Shown here piece by piece: positions 58,165-64,000 of a stretch of 64,000 bases of DNA. A program made the translations under genes and the position numbers. Source of the DNA: Balanoglossus misakiensis (taxonomy: Eukaryota > Animalia > Hemichordata); the NCBI GenBank assembly GCA_040954595.2, contig CM082597.2:1594886-1658885 (forward strand), written 5' to 3'. Position 1 is the stretch's first letter, and the number at the start of each line of letters is the position of its first letter. The notes beneath the pieces are model-generated. The model did not search any database and was not told where the DNA came from. It saw only the letters and a program-made list of their open reading frames with translations.

Positions 58165-60195
58165 TCAACGCATTAATTGGTACACTCTTAGGGAGTCGTT
58201 TCCGGCATCGGCCACCACGACCCTGTAAGGCTCCCCAGGCGATACAGCGACCCCACGTGGTTTGTTCAACTCGTCTTCAATCCCGTCGACACGAGCGATG
58301 AAGGATCCCCTCGATGTGAACATTTGAACGCGGTGGTTGCTGCTGACGAAGATGTTATCGCATCGGTCGACGGCTACCCCTGTCGGGTGTTCGAATTTCC
58401 CATCTCCTTGCCCCTCTGACCCGAACTGGTACAGGAAGCGACCTCTTGAGTTGTAGACCAGCACTCGGTGGCCGTTGTAGTCTGGTATGATGATGTGGTT
58501 TTTGCTGTTGATCGCCAGGAATTTTGGCGACTGTGGCAGCATGTCTGGGGAATTCCTCTCTTTGTAGCGGAAAGTTCCCGCCTTTGTGCCGTAGTGGGTG
58601 AAGCATGCTATTTCTGCTTGCTGTTCGAACTGCCCTGGTTGGCCCTGTGGTGTGTCGACCACGTGCACTTGGCGTCTGTTGTCCAGCGCCAAACCGAGTG
58701 GCCTGGCCAACCCGCTTTCGCCAAAATGAAACGGCGTGGCGGTTCCATCTCGCCGGAAGCATATGATGCTCCGGTTCGTTCGCTCGGTCACGATCACCTC
58801 GCCTTTGTCCGTGGTCTGGACGTCGTACGGTTTGAAGGGGGCGCTCCATACACGACAATGCAGAGTGAATTGGTGTTTGCACCGGCCGTAGCTGTCGAAC
58901 ACGTACACCCGTTGGTCGTCGCTGCTGACCGCGACAATGTCGCCGTCTGAAGTGATTGTCACTCCACGCGGGAAGCTCAGCCGATGTTTCCAACCGCTGC
59001 GATCCTTCATGAGGAGAGAGAGCCTTCTCTTCAGAGTCGGCTCGATTTCAGAGATGGTGAACACCAATCTGAACCTGTAGGTCGTGTGCGAATCCCTGCT
59101 CGTTGTCAAGACGCCCAGTTTTTCTGACGTCAGACAGCTGGGAAATTTGCTGTTGCGGATGAACTTGAACGACACCGGATCGGGTGTGTCGACCTTGTCC
59201 TGAAGAAGTTCTCGCATTTTCTCGTCGGCTTGCTTCTCGAGACAGAGGAAGCCAATATCGTTACTCTGGTTTAGCATAACGTCAGCGAAGAGACACGATT
59301 TTTCAATTTTAGCCATCAGGACCTCCATATTCTCGCGTTTCGACTGTATGTCCTGACTTTCACTGAAGTGTCTGTCTCGTAGCTGTTTTAGTAAGAAGTC
59401 TTCGTTTCGTCGGATGGCCTCGATCAACGAGTTCGAAACAGCGTGCACATCTCGTTCGGTCTGCTGTAAATCCCGATCAAGTTCCCGCGAGAGCTTGTCA
59501 ACATCCCTGATATTGTTCTTCAGCCGCCCGAGCTTTCGTGTCATGCTCTTCTTGAGCGACCAAAGCGCGGACCGCCTTTTCGTCAGCGCCTCCTGCAAGG
59601 GAATCTGACAGTGGTCCGGTTGTTTGTGCTGGTAGACTGCGCACTCTAAGCATATCGGTATTTTGCAAGTGTCGCAGTACAGTTTGATCTGGTTCCCGTC
59701 ATGCACCGGGCACACGATAGGTCGGATGAAGGGAGACTTTGTGTGGAAGGTTGCTTCATATTCCTCGACCGATATCTGTTTGTGGGTCTTGGTTGCTTTG
59801 AGGTTTCTGTGCGAATTTGAGCAAACGTCGCAGAGAAACTGTCCGCATTCAACGCAGTACACCCTGATACCTTTCTCACAACCGCCCTCACACAGTCTAC
59901 CCGCACGTTCCTCGGAGAGATTGTCCTCGCCACCCCAGTCAATAAAATCGATCAGATCGTTCAGAAAGTAACTATCGGGGAGTCCTGAGATACCCTGTGA
60001 CGTCAACTTGTGAGCGCGACGGTCGAGAGGGCAAGTGACGCTGATTTTGTTCCCTTTGGAGATGGCGACGAGACAGTCCATACAGAATGAGTGGAAACAG
60101 GGCAGAATTTTCGGTCTCCGGAATCGATCGAGGCAAATCGGGCATTGGAGAAATCGCACGTCCAGCTGTTCTCTAGAGAAGCTTGCAGACGCCAT
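58165..60195 (-). CDS. TRIM-NHL E3 ubiquitin ligase (RING, two B-boxes, coiled coil, NHL repeats; TRIM2/3/56/71-like), single coding exon, 676 aa
   Basis: RING CPICLDRFRRPKILPCFHSFCMDC...CPLDR; B-box1 CEGGC...CVECGQFLCDVCSNSH...H; B-box2 CPVH...LYCDTCKIPICLECAVYQH...H; NHL repeats FPRGVT, RPLGLA, FEHPTGVAVD, LNKPRGVAVS. Acceptor at 60221 and candidate upstream non-coding exon donor at about 60842. Confidence 0.93.
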   Translation of the reverse strand: MASASFSREQLDVRFLQCPICLDRFRRPKILPCFHSFCMDCLVAISKGNKISVTCPLDRRAHKLTSQGISGLPDSYFLNDLIDFIDWGGEDNLSEERAGRLCEGGCEKGIRVYCVECGQFLCDVCSNSHRNLKATKTHKQISVEEYEATFHTKSPFIRPIVCPVHDGNQIKLYCDTCKIPICLECAVYQHKQPDHCQIPLQEALTKRRSALWSLKKSMTRKLGRLKNNIRDVDKLSRELDRDLQQTERDVHAVSNSLIEAIRRNEDFLLKQLRDRHFSESQDIQSKRENMEVLMAKIEKSCLFADVMLNQSNDIGFLCLEKQADEKMRELLQDKVDTPDPVSFKFIRNSKFPSCLTSEKLGVLTTSRDSHTTYRFRLVFTISEIEPTLKRRLSLLMKDRSGWKHRLSFPRGVTITSDGDIVAVSSDDQRVYVFDSYGRCKHQFTLHCRVWSAPFKPYDVQTTDKGEVIVTERTNRSIICFRRDGTATPFHFGESGLARPLGLALDNRRQVHVVDTPQGQPGQFEQQAEIACFTHYGTKAGTFRYKERNSPDMLPQSPKFLAINSKNHIIIPDYNGHRVLVYNSRGRFLYQFGSEGQGDGKFEHPTGVAVDRCDNIFVSSNHRVQMFTSRGSFIARVDGIEDELNKPRGVAVSPGEPYRVVVADAGNDSLRVYQLMR

Positions 60196-60797
60196 ATTTG
60201 TTACGTCATACTCTCCTGACCTGTAACGAAGACAAATTGTCATATAAGATCATTGAAATCAAAAGTCTTCCCAAAAGTAAAAACGAGTTCGTGCAAGATA
60301 TTAGGAGTGGTAGCCGAAATCCAACAAATTATACATTTCCATTGCGAGGTCATCCATGTTTTATTTATATTAATCTCCACTTTTAATGGTAATTGTTTGC
60401 TAATTTTCATAGGTGATCGTATGTCTTTAATATAGGGTGAAATTATTCAACACAGGAAAAAAACGTGTGTTCAAAATATACATCAGAACAAAACGTTAAA
60501 CCCTTGGGAAGAAGCCACCGGTTTCAAGGTTAATACATATGCCCTAATTGTATGCCAGCTCGACTTCATTTTAAATGTTCCACTGAAGAAACAATTGGGT
60601 ATTCATGCATAAAGATACCTCATTTTCAACTGGCAAGGTGGAACGGATGTGAGAGAGCGACTCTGCACTGTAGGTGTTTATAATCTTTTATTCATCTCTC
60701 TGTCTCTGCATCTCTCCCTATATACCGTCACCTACCAACCTACATCTGTATGTCTAGTCTGTCTATCTATCTGTCTGTCTGTCTGTCATGCTGCTCA

Positions 60798-60811
60798 GTT
60801 GCCATAGCAAC
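60798..60811. promoter_or_regulatory. Canonical RFX X-box near the TRIM-NHL 5' end
   Basis: GTTGCCATAGCAAC matches the consensus GTNRCC(N0-3)RGYAAC; forkhead-type GTAAACA at about 60940-60946. Confidence 0.65.
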
Positions 60812-63800
60812 GATGCGCCACAGTCTGTGCGGTGCGCTTTACCTGTCTGTGCGTCGCCTAAGTGAAACGCTCTCACAGCCTGGGGGCCATGAGAGAAAGA
60901 AACTCATTCAATAACAACAACCCTGTTTGTCGCAATGGAGTAAACAGGACCATGCTCAAATTTCCCCTGCTCCACATTTATTCAAACACCAGTCGAAGAA
61001 AACCTCACGGTCACTGACAGAGTAGTATACTGCTCAGAGGTCACAAGGAAGACTGTAGTGAAAGAGAGTGTGTGTTGTACGTGTGACCTTTCTATAATAT
61101 AATCAGAGAATTGTATGTAAAATCGACCTATAAGGCATGATTCAGCAAAGACTGTCCATTTCTGTTGTGTCACCGAATCACTGTGGTGGCTGGGTCATCA
61201 AATCGCCGAGATATTCACATCACAAGCCTACCATCTCGGTTTGCTTAATTTGCGTGTGAAATTTCTACGGGGTCAATTTCACCCTTTGTTCGTCGCCGAT
61301 CAACAACCACAATCCCTTTCGGCAGCTACACACGACCTTTTGTGTTCAGAAACTGTCGAAGCTCGACCTTGACAATTCCTCCAACGATCGTTATTTTGTT
61401 TTAACTCTGTCTATTTTGCCTAGATTTCTTTTTACAACCCAAATTAAATAGGGCCTTTGCGTTTGACACCACACGACACTCGGCCATTGCGTTCATATTC
61501 AAATTAGCATTTTCAAAGAATATGCAACCATGGCATTAGGAATTCCATTATCAGCCAATTTCTAAGGGTGTGAATCTTGTCAATTTGAGCGATTTTGTCT
61601 ACGAAATTCGTCGTTTTTAGCGTCATAATCGCACACAACGTCTGTCGCACATTCTCTTTGTTGGAAAAGGAACCCGTGATCGGGGTTGTTGAGATATAAT
61701 GGTCTGAGATTTGGTGAATCTCATTTGACGTGGCGTGGAAACAGAGGCTCTTAAAATGATACTTACGTGGCCCTTGAAGCTCCACTCGTGATCAATTCAA
61801 CTGTTTCAACTTTCCGTCTGTGATTCCCACAAAATGCGTTGTCCGTTCTCCTCGGGCAGAGGAGAAAAACGATAACATTCTGCGTGTATGACCGTGAATA
61901 GCCTAATGTTGATCTCCCCACTGTTTAGGTTTGCATACATATATACCGTAACCCGCAGTGTTATTAAGTAAAGGTTATAGGTTAAAGGTCATTCCGTGAA
62001 TTGGAAATGCGGTCCCCCACGAAGATGAACAGTTCCAGGCTTTTCTTGTTCCGTTTGCCAAGCAAATACGAGGAGAGGGAAGCCAAACGCCGAGACTTCT
62101 CCAAAACGCACGCACCAACATGGCCGCGGCAGATTTTCTACGTGGCCATGGATACAAGATCGGAACGCACCTCGCATTGTACCGAAAGACTTGTGGCAGC
62201 ATTCACTGGCATTGACCCAAAGATTATAGCTGACAAATTATTAAGCTACTTGAAAGCAAAAAATTCATGTATCGATAGGTACTTGAAGATATAAATCCGT
62301 GTAGGCTCTCTAACCAGGGTGCAGAGACTGGGCTTGCTTGCCCAAATATTAGTTTGGATATGTCAGAACATAGAGGTCGGACGAAAGGAATTTGAGTGTA
62401 GCTAGACACAAGCAGCACCACAGACTGTCTATGGGTGCACCATAGACCATGGAAGTACCTCCATGTATAGACGTACGTGGTACGTCCATGGTTTCGCATA
62501 CCCCCACGTTGTATGCAAGACGATAGGCTTGTTTCCATACCCAGTGTGTGAGTCTATCTAAAACACGCTGGGTATGCATGGATACCAGGCTAGCAAGACG
62601 ACCGAGAGGCTATGTGTCTACAACAATGCAAATTGATTTGTGTGGTAGGAAAACTAACAAAAGCAATTATCAAAAGAGAAACCAAATAAAACATAGCATG
62701 CAACGACAGACAATCACATTGTAATAGCACAATAACCATTTTTACCTTGAAATTTATTCAGAAACGTGTATTACAGGAGCTATGTATGATTGTTTATGAG
62801 CCTTTATGTCAGATGCCTCAGTTGCTGAAAAACAACAAACAAGATTGTTTTAAATCCTGGTAAATGTGGCATGAATGGTTTAAGATTAGAAGAGGGCAGA
62901 AACAGACAGAAGACGACAATTGCGAACAAAATTATGGGGGCACACACAGTTCCCCTTTTGTACTCTTGACAAGCTTAAGTGATGTTTTTATTCGCTTTGT
63001 TGATCAAAACGTAAGGCAAAAAGGTAAGGGTGTGTCTGCGCATGGGCAGTTCCCACCCCCAGCGTTGAATTCTCGTCTTGACACATGTGACAGTAGATAT
63101 ATGCTGGCTTGTCCATTGAATTTTGCACAAACAGTACTGTTTATGATTCTAGGCACGGAGTAATGTTTATGTTCTAGGGTCTTGTTTAGTCCCGGTGACG
63201 TCCTTGTTGAACCCATAGAGGTACTCTCTCTAGTACCTCCATGTTGAACCATACGGACACAATAATGTATTATCTGGAAGAAAGGCTGATCAACATGACG
63301 ACAGGTTTGACACAAAGGCTGGGAATCGCAAGTCCCGCCCACATGGGAGCAGTACCGTCGCGTAGCCTTGGTATCATCACATTTCCGTGTTGATCATCTC
63401 TCCACGCGACCGTGCTCTTCTAAAGGTGTATTCTCCAGCCAGCCACTGACAGGTAGGTGGGGACTGATTCCACTCGGAAGAACTGTGTGAAGTACGAACA
63501 TACGGCCCCATATCTTAATCCTTTCATTGTTAGAAATTAATGAGTTCCGCGGTAATTTAAGAAAACATGCGTTTTATCTTATTCTCACTGACCAATACAG
63601 TACCATACCAAGGTATAACGTTCATGAATACTTCTGCCAGTGGCTTATGGTGGAAATTTGTCTTAAAGTTATACATTTTAGTTATATTTCTCGTGCTAAA
63701 ACTTAGTTGTCTAGTGTTCAGCATCAAGCTATCCCTGCATTCAACTGCTGCCAGTCACCAGGGTACGCGAAGAGTCAAAATGGGTAAACGTTTGGACGGT

Positions 63801-64000
63801 TACATAACATTCACGATGTACACAAATCAATAAACAAGTACAAATGTACATGTACTGACACGCAAAGAACCTTATATAACGTTTTGCATTATTTTCATGA
63901 TTATATTTTCCAACTTAGATTGGTACATCTAAATAAGCTTACTGATAGGTATACATGAACACCTTATCGATGCCCGATTGTGACTGCATGTTGCCATTTG

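Noticed and set aside
58355-58993. 212-aa and 160-aa alternative-frame ORFs inside the TRIM gene
   Set aside because: By-products of GC-rich codon usage in the NHL region.
62001-62294. 97-aa + strand ORF (…IDPKIIADKLLSYLKAK…)
   Set aside because: No recognisable family, a non-ATG start in the track and no supporting exon structure.
63300-63460. Possible promoter/first exon of a + strand gene (GC box, acag|gtaggt)
   Set aside because: No downstream exon is visible within the window to support it.

Overview
AT-rich, intron-rich eukaryotic DNA from an invertebrate animal. Gene content suggests a marine deuterostome such as a hemichordate, echinoderm or cephalochordate, but this is an inference. 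Most ORFs in the supplied track are exon fragments or antisense shadows, so gene models were built by hand from GT-AG splice sites with phase checking. In order: (1) 3' part of a GPI-anchored Ly6/uPAR-TSP1-Ly6/uPAR protein carrying a convertase-excisable insert (+); (2) proprotein convertase PC7/PCSK7, 15 coding exons (-); (3) a small GPI-anchored Ly6 protein (-); (4) an intronless BTB protein (+); (5) a minus-strand run of four genes with RFX X-box-like sites near their starts: an SPA17 paralog (RIIa + 1 IQ), a divergent PEX19-like CaaX protein, a giant SPA17 (RIIa + 11 IQ motifs + acidic tail) and an uncharacterised IQ protein; (6) a head-to-head pair of intronless sepiapterin reductases; (7) a death-domain-only ORF; (8) a single-coding-exon TRIM-NHL. 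The most striking result is in the giant SPA17 locus. It appears to have an internal promoter and an alternative first coding exon (MGKGSSRLSRRSKH, an N-myristoylation plus basic motif) that replaces the AKAP-binding RIIa domain with a membrane anchor. This would give a GAP-43/neurogranin/PEP-19-like multi-IQ calmodulin-binding protein, further tuned by eight frame-preserving cassette exons that all use AAG acceptors. Together with the flanking PCSK7, PEX19 and Ly6 genes, this may be the pre-vertebrate ancestral locus of the calpacitin family. That interpretation is an inference to be tested.
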